Made by a program: the position numbers and the translations under genes. A stretch of 64,000 nucleotides of DNA from an uncultured virus (IMG/VR IMGVR_UViG_3300033571_018919). Taxonomy: Duplodnaviria; Heunggongvirae; Uroviricota; Caudoviricetes. The notes under the pieces were generated by a model. The model was given only the letters and a program-made list of their open reading frames with translations. It made no database searches and had not been told where the DNA came from. This document shows, in pieces, positions 55,741-63,492 of the stretch. The first letter of the stretch is position 1. Each line of letters begins with the position of its first letter. The DNA lies in the IMG/VR virus record IMGVR_UViG_3300033571_018919, positions 62,001 through 126,000 of that record; one strand, 5' to 3'.

Positions 55741-56790
55741 ATGACTTTCTACAATTCTGATTTAAAAATTTTAGATATTGAGCCATCTTCTTTTTGTAAT
55801 GCAAAATGTCCTCAATGCATGAGAGAATCACAAAATGGTTCCTATGATTTTTTTAATCAAGTGAATTTAACTGATACTTTTTTTGAGATTTTTTTTCCTA
55901 AACAAGTAGTAATAAATTTAGAAATAGTTTCATTTAGTGGAAATGTGGGGGAACCTACAATGAATAAACATTTGATTGATATTATCAGGTGGTTTAGAAA
56001 ACAAAACCCTAAAATTTATGTAGAAGTATACACGAACGGCAGCGTACAGAAACCAAAGTTTTGGAGCGAATTAGGAGAAGTTATTGGACATAATGGTAAT
56101 GTGATATTTGCCATCGATGGACTAGAGGATACTAATCATATATACCGTATTGGAGTTAAATGGAACCTGCTAATGCAAAATGCAAAAGCATATATAGAAT
56201 CTGGAGCGAAGGCAACATGGCAGTTTATACCTTTTCTACACAACGAGCATCAAGTTGAGTTAGCTAAACAATTAAGTGCAGAAATGGGATTCGATAAATT
56301 TAAAATTAAAATATCACATAGAGATTTATTAAATCAACAGCAAAATGAAAAAACTAGAGTCTATCCACCAAAAAATCCTATGTATACACATAGCGGAAAT
56401 AAACTAGATTTTACTAATCTTGATGTTACTGAAAACTATTTAAATAGTCTAGATATTAAATGTTATGCCATAGAAAATAGTAACTTATATATTTCTGCTG
56501 AAGGTTTAGTGTTCCCTTGTTGTCACACGGCTAGCATTATACTTTTAGATGATAATATGGTACCTGAACCGTATAGTTGGATTAGGAAAACAAAAAGTCA
56601 ATTTAATCTTAATGAAATTAATTTACATAACAATACTCTAGAACAAATTTTAAAATCAGTTACCTTTAATGAAATTAAAGAGTCATGGAACAAAGACATT
56701 AGCGTAGGAAAAAATGCAATATGTGCAGCGATTTGCGGCAAATGTAAAAATAACAAAAGTCTTATAGAAAATCTATTGCACCATGAATAA
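55741..56790 (+). CDS. Radical SAM protein with C-terminal SPASM/twitch; paralog of 57705-58790
   Basis: CNAKCPQC, GNVGEP, TNG, FAIDGL, FPCC and C-terminal CxxxC. Confidence 0.9.
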   Translation: MTFYNSDLKILDIEPSSFCNAKCPQCMRESQNGSYDFFNQVNLTDTFFEIFFPKQVVINLEIVSFSGNVGEPTMNKHLIDIIRWFRKQNPKIYVEVYTNGSVQKPKFWSELGEVIGHNGNVIFAIDGLEDTNHIYRIGVKWNLLMQNAKAYIESGAKATWQFIPFLHNEHQVELAKQLSAEMGFDKFKIKISHRDLLNQQQNEKTRVYPPKNPMYTHSGNKLDFTNLDVTENYLNSLDIKCYAIENSNLYISAEGLVFPCCHTASIILLDDNMVPEPYSWIRKTKSQFNLNEINLHNNTLEQILKSVTFNEIKESWNKDISVGKNAICAAICGKCKNNKSLIENLLHHE

Positions 56791-57721
56791 ACTAATAAAA
56801 ATAGAAATAGCTAATCCTAATGCATTGCGTATTAATTTTGTAATGACACGTAGTTGCACCTACGAATGTAGATATTGTCCGGATGATCTACATTACGGTA
56901 CACATAGAGATATAAACTTAAATGATTTAAAACTGTTTCTTAGTAGATTTACGGATAGAAATACGGCCGTTCAATTGACAGGTGGTGAATGCACTACTCA
57001 TCCACAATTTGAGGAAGTTATAAAATTAATTAAAGACTTTAATTATAATGTACTAGTGGATTCTAACAGTGTTAGGACATTGCGCTTCTACGATGAAGTA
57101 AAACATTTAGTAGATAATTGGTGCATAACATTACATCCTAGTCAACATAAATTAGATTTAGAAAAATTAAAATTATTATCACAACATTCTTTTCTAGTGA
57201 TTTATGTTATGATGGATCCTAATTATTGGGAGATATCATTAGACTGGTTTGATCAAATATCAAAATTAAAAGATTTAAAAGTAACACCAATCCGAGTTAT
57301 GAACAATTGGGGAGGTGCAAATTTTCACGCTAATTACAGTGACGAACAATTAGAGTATTTGTCAAAGGCAGAATCTAAATGGCTTTTTACTGTTGAACGA
57401 GAAACAGAATTAAGAAAAACTCACATGTGGTTAGCGGATACAGAATCTATAGCAACAGACACTACTGGAAACAGGGTTACACTAGATCCATTTAAAATGA
57501 TACGCACAGGCACAAACAATTTTTATGGTTGGCAGTGTAAAGCCGGTAATGAATCAATATGCATATTTGATGACGGCAAAGCCATATGGGCAAATTGTGG
57601 GATTAAAAAATTTAACCATTACTTAGAGTTGACTCCTGAAATAATGGCTGAACCACTGAAATGTAATTTTTTAGCTTGTTCATGTGCTACTGATATTCGA
57701 GCCTCTAAGTCAAAGAATTAG
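56783..57721 (+). CDS. Radical SAM protein with C-terminal SPASM-like Cys cluster
   Basis: CTYECRYC, LTGGEC and C-terminal CKAG...C...CNFLACSC. Confidence 0.88.
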   Translation: MNKLIKIEIANPNALRINFVMTRSCTYECRYCPDDLHYGTHRDINLNDLKLFLSRFTDRNTAVQLTGGECTTHPQFEEVIKLIKDFNYNVLVDSNSVRTLRFYDEVKHLVDNWCITLHPSQHKLDLEKLKLLSQHSFLVIYVMMDPNYWEISLDWFDQISKLKDLKVTPIRVMNNWGGANFHANYSDEQLEYLSKAESKWLFTVERETELRKTHMWLADTESIATDTTGNRVTLDPFKMIRTGTNNFYGWQCKAGNESICIFDDGKAIWANCGIKKFNHYLELTPEIMAEPLKCNFLACSCATDIRASKSKN

Positions 57722-58790
57722 TTTCTATCCACTGATCATTGGGTTGACTTATATCTACATTTTTAAATTCACCGCATACTCTGGCACAGGTAATTAATTT
57801 TTCTTCATTCCATTTTTTGTGCCAAATATTTTGCCAAATTTCAGAATCAATCACATTTTTTATTCCGTTTAGTGCATTAAGTTTTTCTACACCACCAAAA
57901 TCTTCAATTAGTTTAGTGTATTGATTTTTTATATCTTCGCTTACATTATGATTGATATATTCAGGATCATAGTATGTATAGGGTATGGAACTTACCCAAC
58001 AACAAGGAAGTATGGTTTTGTATGCGTCAATGTAGATTTCTTTAAGATTTAAAACATGGCAGTTAATTTTTGCCTCAGCTATAAGTTGTTTATAAGAATT
58101 AATTACCTCTTTTGGCATAAACTTAATAGTAGTTTCAGTTGGGGGTTCAATTGTATGTGTATAGTTTCCTTCTTTATCTACAACATCGTATTTTGGTTCT
58201 ACTAAAAAGCGTGAACTATTTTTTACAACAAATTTTGAGAAACCTAAACTTTTGGCTACTACCCTACATTCTTCTGTTTGATGCTCATTGTGTTTAAATT
58301 TTATAAATGTCCATTCGGCGATTCCCCCTGCATCAATAAAAGCTTTTGCATTTTTTATTACAGTATTGTAATTAGTGCCTATCCTATATAATGAATGCGT
58401 ATCAACTAATCCGTCAAGTGCGAAATGAACACAGTGATCTACAGGAAGTGCCTTAGCTAAATCTATCCACCATGACGGCTTTCTAGCTCCGCCATTGGTG
58501 TGTATGGCAATTCGTACATTTGGATTCACATGTTTGATGTACACACACATTTCTATTAGGTCATCATGCAGCATAGGATCACCAAAATTGCCGCAAAAAT
58601 ATATACATCGGACTAAGTTTAAAATTTCAGGAGAGATGATCTTTTTAAACTCAATTAGTGTCCACTGAGTTAATTTTAAATATGGATTAGGCAACCCACC
58701 GTGATGATTTCTGGCACACATGGGGCACCTTGCCTGACAATTATTAGTTAGCTCTATGTGAATAGATTTTAATTCATTAAATTTAAACAT
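57705..58790 (-). CDS. Radical SAM protein with C-terminal SPASM/twitch
   Basis: CQARCPMC, GNFGDP, HTNG, FALDGL, LPCC and CARVC. Confidence 0.9.
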   Translation of the reverse strand: MFKFNELKSIHIELTNNCQARCPMCARNHHGGLPNPYLKLTQWTLIEFKKIISPEILNLVRCIYFCGNFGDPMLHDDLIEMCVYIKHVNPNVRIAIHTNGGARKPSWWIDLAKALPVDHCVHFALDGLVDTHSLYRIGTNYNTVIKNAKAFIDAGGIAEWTFIKFKHNEHQTEECRVVAKSLGFSKFVVKNSSRFLVEPKYDVVDKEGNYTHTIEPPTETTIKFMPKEVINSYKQLIAEAKINCHVLNLKEIYIDAYKTILPCCWVSSIPYTYYDPEYINHNVSEDIKNQYTKLIEDFGGVEKLNALNGIKNVIDSEIWQNIWHKKWNEEKLITCARVCGEFKNVDISQPNDQWIETNSLT

Positions 58791-59409
58791 TCGCCTTTCC
58801 TATAATCATGTATCTGTCATACAATGGCAATTCAAGTTTTTTTGCATTATAAACATGTAGTTTGCATTGATCTATAAAATGAGTTAAACTATTGGCAATT
58901 CGTATGTGTTCATCAATTTTGTAATTATTACTTTGTACTACAATCAAACTATTGTGCGGTAAACAAGTTAACCATGTATCATATTGTTCTTGTGTAATGT
59001 GTTCACAACTAGTGTTGATAATAATATCTGCATTACTGTGAATTGCACACATATCCGATGTAATTGCTGTAAATCTTCCTTGCATTTCTTCTTTTTTATT
59101 CATAGTTCTAGCTATTTCTTCACAACTAGGATCTATATCGATGGTACGAATATACTTAATAGAAATTTTACTTTGAAAAAGAAAACTAGCAAGAGTGCCG
59201 ACCCACCCGCCGTGTATGTCAATACTGACAGGAAAATTTAAACTTTTATCTTGTTCTGAACTGATAAAACTTTCTAAAGTTTCAATTAACCACTCTTTGC
59301 TTTGTATCTGTCCTCGCCAAAAGGCGTCTAGTGTACGTTTGGGGTCTTTGCTCTCACGAATGGCACACATCCAATAATGCAAGTGTTCAGTGTCTATATT
59401 CATGTTCAA
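58783..59409 (-). CDS. Class I SAM-dependent methyltransferase-like protein
   Basis: IHGGWVG, TIDID and IINTSCEH. Confidence 0.65.
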   Translation of the reverse strand: MNMNIDTEHLHYWMCAIRESKDPKRTLDAFWRGQIQSKEWLIETLESFISSEQDKSLNFPVSIDIHGGWVGTLASFLFQSKISIKYIRTIDIDPSCEEIARTMNKKEEMQGRFTAITSDMCAIHSNADIIINTSCEHITQEQYDTWLTCLPHNSLIVVQSNNYKIDEHIRIANSLTHFIDQCKLHVYNAKKLELPLYDRYMIIGKANV

Positions 59410-60396
59410 CTATTCTGTTAACTTGCATTTTGGTATTTTGCTATCTGCCGAACTCACACAGCTAGGGGTTATACACTTTTTTGGCGAGCCAAATAATTTA
59501 AAACCATCAGTTAATGTTCCTAATGGTTGGTCGTGGCAACTATAACTTCTTTTAATTTCATCTCCCCGTATTATAACACTTTGATACCCTGAATTGCAAT
59601 ACCAACCTTTAAAATTATTAAAACCAAAAGAATTAAATCTTTCTGCTTGGTCAAACAAGTACTCATTGTTGTCTTGGTCATACAAGCTTATTTGATATAT
59701 TTCTTGCTCCTTTGCCTTTTGGGGGAACCCATTTTGCATTATTGCAATCATTTCGTTTGTGTATCCATCTACAATTGCACTGGCGGTGTCGTTACTCTGT
59801 GGCTTTAGTGTGACATTGATTCCTTTATCATGAAATCTATTACACCTATCATACAACTCATAAAATTGATCTGGTACCATAACTTGATTAATGGTTACGT
59901 GAACATTTTCTCCCATTAAGAATAAACATTTTTCTGCAAATTCATTTTCATTCGCAAACTCACTATGATAACTTGCAGTAATTGATTTGCGTTGAAATAG
60001 TTCAGTAGACATGCACCAATTTCCCCACCATTTTTTGCTTGGACTTAAATTAGTAGTCATGTGTATACTTTGGTATGGGGTGATACCATCTTCAAGGTAT
60101 TTTAATAAAGATAATAAATGTTTATAAGCAGTTGGTTCTCCGCCACTAAAGGACCAATGAAATTTATTAAATCTATTTTGCCTTGCTTGAGTTTTTATTG
60201 AATCTATTGTTTGAATGTATTTTTGAAAATCCGAATAGTCAGGCGTTTGGCTATTAGCATAAGGCCAACAATAGCTGCACTTATAATTACAGAACCTACC
60301 AAGAATCCAACTAATATTAAAGACATCATCTTTTATTAAAGTTTGTTGACCAAATTTTACTATTTTCTCAAATGGAATTTTTGTAAAATCGATCAT
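59410..60396 (-). CDS. Radical SAM protein with C-terminal SPASM-like Cys cluster
   Basis: CNYKCSYC, FSGGEP, TTN and C-terminal CNSG...SC...CITPSC; start placed at MIDFTK (the ORF track extends to 60423). Confidence 0.88.
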   Translation of the reverse strand: MIDFTKIPFEKIVKFGQQTLIKDDVFNISWILGRFCNYKCSYCWPYANSQTPDYSDFQKYIQTIDSIKTQARQNRFNKFHWSFSGGEPTAYKHLLSLLKYLEDGITPYQSIHMTTNLSPSKKWWGNWCMSTELFQRKSITASYHSEFANENEFAEKCLFLMGENVHVTINQVMVPDQFYELYDRCNRFHDKGINVTLKPQSNDTASAIVDGYTNEMIAIMQNGFPQKAKEQEIYQISLYDQDNNEYLFDQAERFNSFGFNNFKGWYCNSGYQSVIIRGDEIKRSYSCHDQPLGTLTDGFKLFGSPKKCITPSCVSSADSKIPKCKLTE

Positions 60397-61969
60397 ACTG
60401 TTCTTTGAGCCAGTCGTAGTCATTTATCCTTTTTAATACTTCTGTATCATTCTTGTTAGCCATCGCAAATTCTTTGCCTGCAATAGCTCCGTCAATTGCA
60501 AATTCGCCGTACTTCTTATCTTTGCCTACTGTACACCAAACGTTTAATCTGTCGTTAGTTTCAATTGAGTTTTGTCTATCAATTATTTGACTTGCTAACT
60601 TTACGCATTCTCTAAATGCACTTCGCCATGTATTGAATGGATCCGTATTAAAATTAGTATAATTACTTAGTTTAATTACAGGTTCGTATAAATTACTTAT
60701 ACTTGTAGTCATATCAGGTTTATTAGTTTGCATATGTAACGTGTAGAATCTGGGTAATAGCTTTACACCACCGTACCCATATATTAACCCATTAATTGGA
60801 TTAACGCTGCGCCAAACTCTAACTTTGGCTTGTTCATAAAAAGGTACACTAAAATCAAAAGAAAAATCATCAACTAATGATGCATCGGCATCTACTACCC
60901 AAAAATAATCTGTTTTTGCAATCTTAGCAGCAGCAATGTGTGCTTGATGTATCCCTGCTATGCCGTCAATTCTTTTTGCTTTTGGATATTTTTTAAGTAC
61001 TAGTTCAAAATTTTTTTCAGCGTTTGGTTCACCGTAGCTTATGAATATTACGTCAAATTCACCTGGGTATTTGTATTTTATAAATGTTTCAGGACTTCTT
61101 CTGCTTACAGGAATTTCTTCTTTGTATTCTTTGCTAGCATTTGGTTGAAATACATCTACAATTCTTCCATCATTTGTTATAGAACTTAACGATCTACCTA
61201 ATCGATTACATTCAAACAATATATCATCTTTATATAATTCATACTGAGCTTCAAATAGGTTATCTAAATGTTCAAAATCTTTGATATCCCCTATATTAAA
61301 ATTTTGTTTTGACAATGCGATATATGCTGCCTGCCTGGCGCCCAATATAGCCCAAACTCCATTTTCAACGTCTGTGCCTAAATGCATCCATCTCCAAAGT
61401 CTTTCATAATTTCTCCAGTTGATTTCTGAAATTTCTTTTACGAATATATCATTTTCCATACATAGTTTGATGCCTTCCCTAAACCCACTTCTCCAAGCTT
61501 GCTTTGGACTTGAATTTATGTTTACATCACTTAAACTACGATTTAATTGTAGATAATTTTTAAAATCAAAATCAACACTATTAGGATTGGAGCTGTTTTC
61601 ATGGGTACGCATAGTTTTCAGTTTTTCTACTGGCCAAACTTTGATACCACCGTTACCATACGTATTTCCATTAATGTTGTTTTTACCACTAAAGCTTATT
61701 ACACTGTCGGATACGTTTACGGTATCGACTAGATTCAGTTCAATTTGCAATAAATTATCGTGTACGTAGTTATCACCATCAACAATAATAACGTGACTAT
61801 GATTTTCAACAAGATTTGCAACAGCTTTGTGTGCAGTGTCGCTTCCCTTTATATTGTCAACACGCAGTGCATTTGGACAAATTTCTAGTAAGCGTAAGTA
61901 ATTGGCTTCTTTGTTTTCCTCTTGATAACTTAGAAAAACGACTGGATAATTTTGAATTTTGAATAGCAT
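60368..61969 (-). CDS. Internally duplicated GT-A-like (DxD) glycosyltransferase
   Basis: Two homologous halves, each with F.SY.E.N...AH...VD(G/A)D...NG..YG.GG.K..P...WRS.FRE..KL; TAAATA 5 nt before the ATG. Confidence 0.6.
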   Translation of the reverse strand: MLFKIQNYPVVFLSYQEENKEANYLRLLEICPNALRVDNIKGSDTAHKAVANLVENHSHVIIVDGDNYVHDNLLQIELNLVDTVNVSDSVISFSGKNNINGNTYGNGGIKVWPVEKLKTMRTHENSSNPNSVDFDFKNYLQLNRSLSDVNINSSPKQAWRSGFREGIKLCMENDIFVKEISEINWRNYERLWRWMHLGTDVENGVWAILGARQAAYIALSKQNFNIGDIKDFEHLDNLFEAQYELYKDDILFECNRLGRSLSSITNDGRIVDVFQPNASKEYKEEIPVSRRSPETFIKYKYPGEFDVIFISYGEPNAEKNFELVLKKYPKAKRIDGIAGIHQAHIAAAKIAKTDYFWVVDADASLVDDFSFDFSVPFYEQAKVRVWRSVNPINGLIYGYGGVKLLPRFYTLHMQTNKPDMTTSISNLYEPVIKLSNYTNFNTDPFNTWRSAFRECVKLASQIIDRQNSIETNDRLNVWCTVGKDKKYGEFAIDGAIAGKEFAMANKNDTEVLKRINDYDWLKEQYDRFYKNSI

Positions 61970-62005
61970 GACAATATTTATTAGAAAAAACGGGCAAATA
62001 AGTAT

Positions 62006-62034
62006 TTGACTATATAGATATCTTATTGTACAAT
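62006..62034 (+). promoter_or_regulatory. Sigma70-like promoter
   Basis: TTGACT-17 nt-TACAAT. Confidence 0.6.
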
Positions 62035-62106
62035 GTGTACATTGAAAATGCGTAAAAAAGCTAGATAATTTAAGCTTTTATTATGCCAGGACTAAATAAC
62101 TTTACT

Positions 62107-62247
62107 ATGATGAACTTTACTTGTAAAAATACGATGCTGCATGAAGGGCTATGGTCAGTTTTAGCCATAGAGTCTTTTGCGCCTGTATATCCAACAAGTA
62201 TCCGTGGCACAAATGATAATCAAAGCGGCTACCGGGGAACGGAATAA
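62107..62247 (+). CDS. Possible small ORF (46 aa)
   Basis: MMNFTCKNTMLHEGLWSVLAIESFAPVYPTSIRGTNDNQSGYRGTE, between a promoter/TAAATA (62093-62098) and a terminator; no SD. Confidence 0.35.
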   Translation: MMNFTCKNTMLHEGLWSVLAIESFAPVYPTSIRGTNDNQSGYRGTE

Positions 62248-62274
62248 ACAAGTAACATTATAAAAGTTTATACG

Positions 62275-62307
62275 AACCCTGGAAATTTAAAATCTCCAGG
62301 GTTTTTT
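62275..62307 (+). terminator. Intrinsic terminator
   Basis: AACCCTGGA...TCCAGGGTT stem followed by a T run. Confidence 0.75.
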
Positions 62308-62326
62308 GTTGCAGGAATACAACACT

Positions 62327-62485
62327 ATGATTGACAAAATAACAGAAAATGATATAAAATTCGGTTCGCTTGATAACAAAAAGTGGTATGAAGAACATGT
62401 GTTATCAAAAGAACAACTAGATTTGTTAATAAAAAACAAATTTGATAGGTATAAAAATTATCAAATAGACAAGGTTGATTGCTAA
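62327..62485 (+). CDS. Small hypothetical protein (52 aa), not in the ORF track
   Basis: MIDKITENDIKFGSLDNKKWYEEHVLSKEQLDLLIKNKFDRYKNYQIDKVDC with AGGA upstream. Confidence 0.5.
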   Translation: MIDKITENDIKFGSLDNKKWYEEHVLSKEQLDLLIKNKFDRYKNYQIDKVDC

Positions 62486-62544
62486 TTTTTATACAAGTGT
62501 TTAGAGAGAACGAGGCTCTTAGGTTCACTATAAAAAATCTTTAA

Positions 62545-62742
62545 CGGGCGGACAGTATACATGAAGTATATGGCGAAAACATATATAGTAAGACTACTGG
62601 TTGGAACGTCGATTCTAACATAATGCGAGATAACTCGCATTATTCTAAAGCATACTCAGTGATATAGGGTACAGTCGGGATGCCGTAATGGATCCTTTTA
62701 GATGAGCGGTTCAACTCCGTTAATAGTATGTTTCAGAATAAT
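62545..62742 (+). ncRNA. Candidate structured non-coding RNA(s) leading into the tRNA array
   Basis: Consecutive hairpins and an 18-bp long-range stem enclosing a canonical T-arm (GCGG TTCAACT CCGT); no convincing ORF. Confidence 0.45.
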
Positions 62743-62751
62743 AATTACAAT

Positions 62752-62827
62752 TGGGGATTCGCCAAGTTGGTAAGGCACCGGATTTTGATTCCGGCATTCG
62801 GTGGTTCGAGTCCATCATCCCCAGCCA
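62752..62827 (+). tRNA. tRNA-Gln(TTG)
   Basis: Acceptor TGGGGAT/ATCCCCA, anticodon arm CCGGA-TTTTGAT-TCCGG, GGTTCGAGTCC, encoded CCA. Confidence 0.95.
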
Positions 62828-62829
62828 TT

Positions 62830-62906
62830 GCCCCAATAACTCAGTGGACTAGAGTACTGTGCTACGAACGCAGGAGTCGGAGGTTCGAATCCTTCTTGGG
62901 GTACCA
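62830..62906 (+). tRNA. tRNA-Arg(ACG)
   Basis: Acceptor GCCCCAA/TTGGGGT, anticodon arm CTGTG-CTACGAA-CGCAG, GGTTCGAATCC, CCA. Confidence 0.95.
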
Positions 62907-62912
62907 TTCTTG

Positions 62913-62941
62913 TTGACTAAATACGTTTGCTTGTTTAATAT
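62913..62941 (+). promoter_or_regulatory. Sigma70-like promoter upstream of pqqA, with an overlapping TAAATA
   Basis: TTGACT-17 nt-TAATAT; TAAATA at 62918-62923. Confidence 0.5.
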
Positions 62942-62966
62942 GAGCGTTCTTATACAGGAGGTAAAC

Positions 62967-63038
62967 ATGTGGACTAAACCTACAGCACAGGATATGCGTT
63001 TTGGTTTTGAAATCACTATGTATATTGCAAATCGCTAA
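62967..63038 (+). CDS. pqqA: Pyrroloquinoline quinone precursor peptide PqqA (23 aa)
   Basis: MWTKPTAQDMRFGFEITMYIANR: W-T-K-P leader, R-x-G-F-E-x-T-M-Y core with the Glu/Tyr (ExxxY) that form PQQ; SD AGGAGGT at 62956-62962. Confidence 0.93.
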   Translation: MWTKPTAQDMRFGFEITMYIANR

Positions 63039-63056
63039 TATACAACATTGATGGGC

Positions 63057-63083
63057 AAAAAGGTAGCTATGCTACCTTTTTTT
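63057..63083 (+). terminator. Intrinsic (possibly bidirectional) terminator after pqqA
   Basis: AAAAAGGTAGC-TAT-GCTACCTTTTTTT. Confidence 0.75.
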
Positions 63084-63085
63084 AC

Positions 63086-63161
63086 GGTAGAGTAGCATAG
63101 CGGCTAATGCGCCACCTTCATACGGTGTTTATCGTCAGTTCGAGTCTGACCTCTACTACCA
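63086..63161 (+). tRNA. tRNA with CAT anticodon (Met or Ile2)
   Basis: Acceptor GGTAGAG/CTCTACT, anticodon loop TTCATAC, T-arm GTCAG-TTCGAGT-CTGAC, CCA. Confidence 0.85.
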
Positions 63162-63175
63162 ATAAAGGAAATATT

Positions 63176-63328
63176 ATGCCAATGTATGAAACTACTGTTA
63201 GAACGCCGAGCGGCGAAGAAAAGAAAAGAATTTATGCGGATACACCGCAAGAGGCTAAAAAACTTTTTGAACAATTGTATGGTGGGCCTAGAGCAGTTCC
63301 ATATATACCAAAAATAGTACCAAGTTAG
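63176..63328 (+). CDS. Small hypothetical protein (50 aa) between tRNAs
   Basis: MPMYETTVRTPSGEEKKRIYADTPQEAKKLFEQLYGG...; SD AAAGGA; the last base of the stop is G1 of tRNA-Ala. Confidence 0.7.
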   Translation: MPMYETTVRTPSGEEKKRIYADTPQEAKKLFEQLYGGPRAVPYIPKIVPS

Positions 63329-63401
63329 GGGGATTAGTTAAATGGGATAACAACGGCTTTGCAAGCCGTGATTAACAGTTCGATTCTGTTATCCTCCACC
63401 A
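63328..63401 (+). tRNA. tRNA-Ala(TGC)
   Basis: Acceptor GGGGGAT/ATCCTCC with G3:U70, anticodon arm ACGGC-TTTGCAA-GCCGT, CCA. Confidence 0.93.
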
Positions 63402-63412
63402 AAACATTCAAT

Positions 63413-63489
63413 GGTGATGGTAGCTCAGTTGGTAGAGTCCCGGATTGTGATTCCGGTCGTCGTGGGTTCGAGCCCCATCCTTCACCCCA
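63413..63489 (+). tRNA. tRNA-His(GTG)
   Basis: G-1:C73, anticodon arm CCGGA-TTGTGAT-TCCGG, GGTTCGAGCCC, CCA. Confidence 0.95.
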
Positions 63490-63492
63490 AAT

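Noticed and set aside
59410..60396. Viperin-like antiviral enzyme (CNYKC motif)
   Set aside because: Similarity is limited to the generic radical SAM motif; it has a C-terminal Cys cluster shared with paralogs 50396 and 56783 rather than recognisable viperin motifs
34972..60396. One of the radical SAM proteins being PqqE, completing a phage PQQ pathway
   Set aside because: None shows the PqqE pattern I would expect (e.g. CPLxCxYCSNP), and no PqqB, PqqC or PqqD is visible in the window
62331..62360. TTGACA-based sigma70 promoter
   Set aside because: Lies inside a plausible 52-aa ORF and the -10 spacing is 16 or 18 nt; cannot be told from chance in AT-rich DNA
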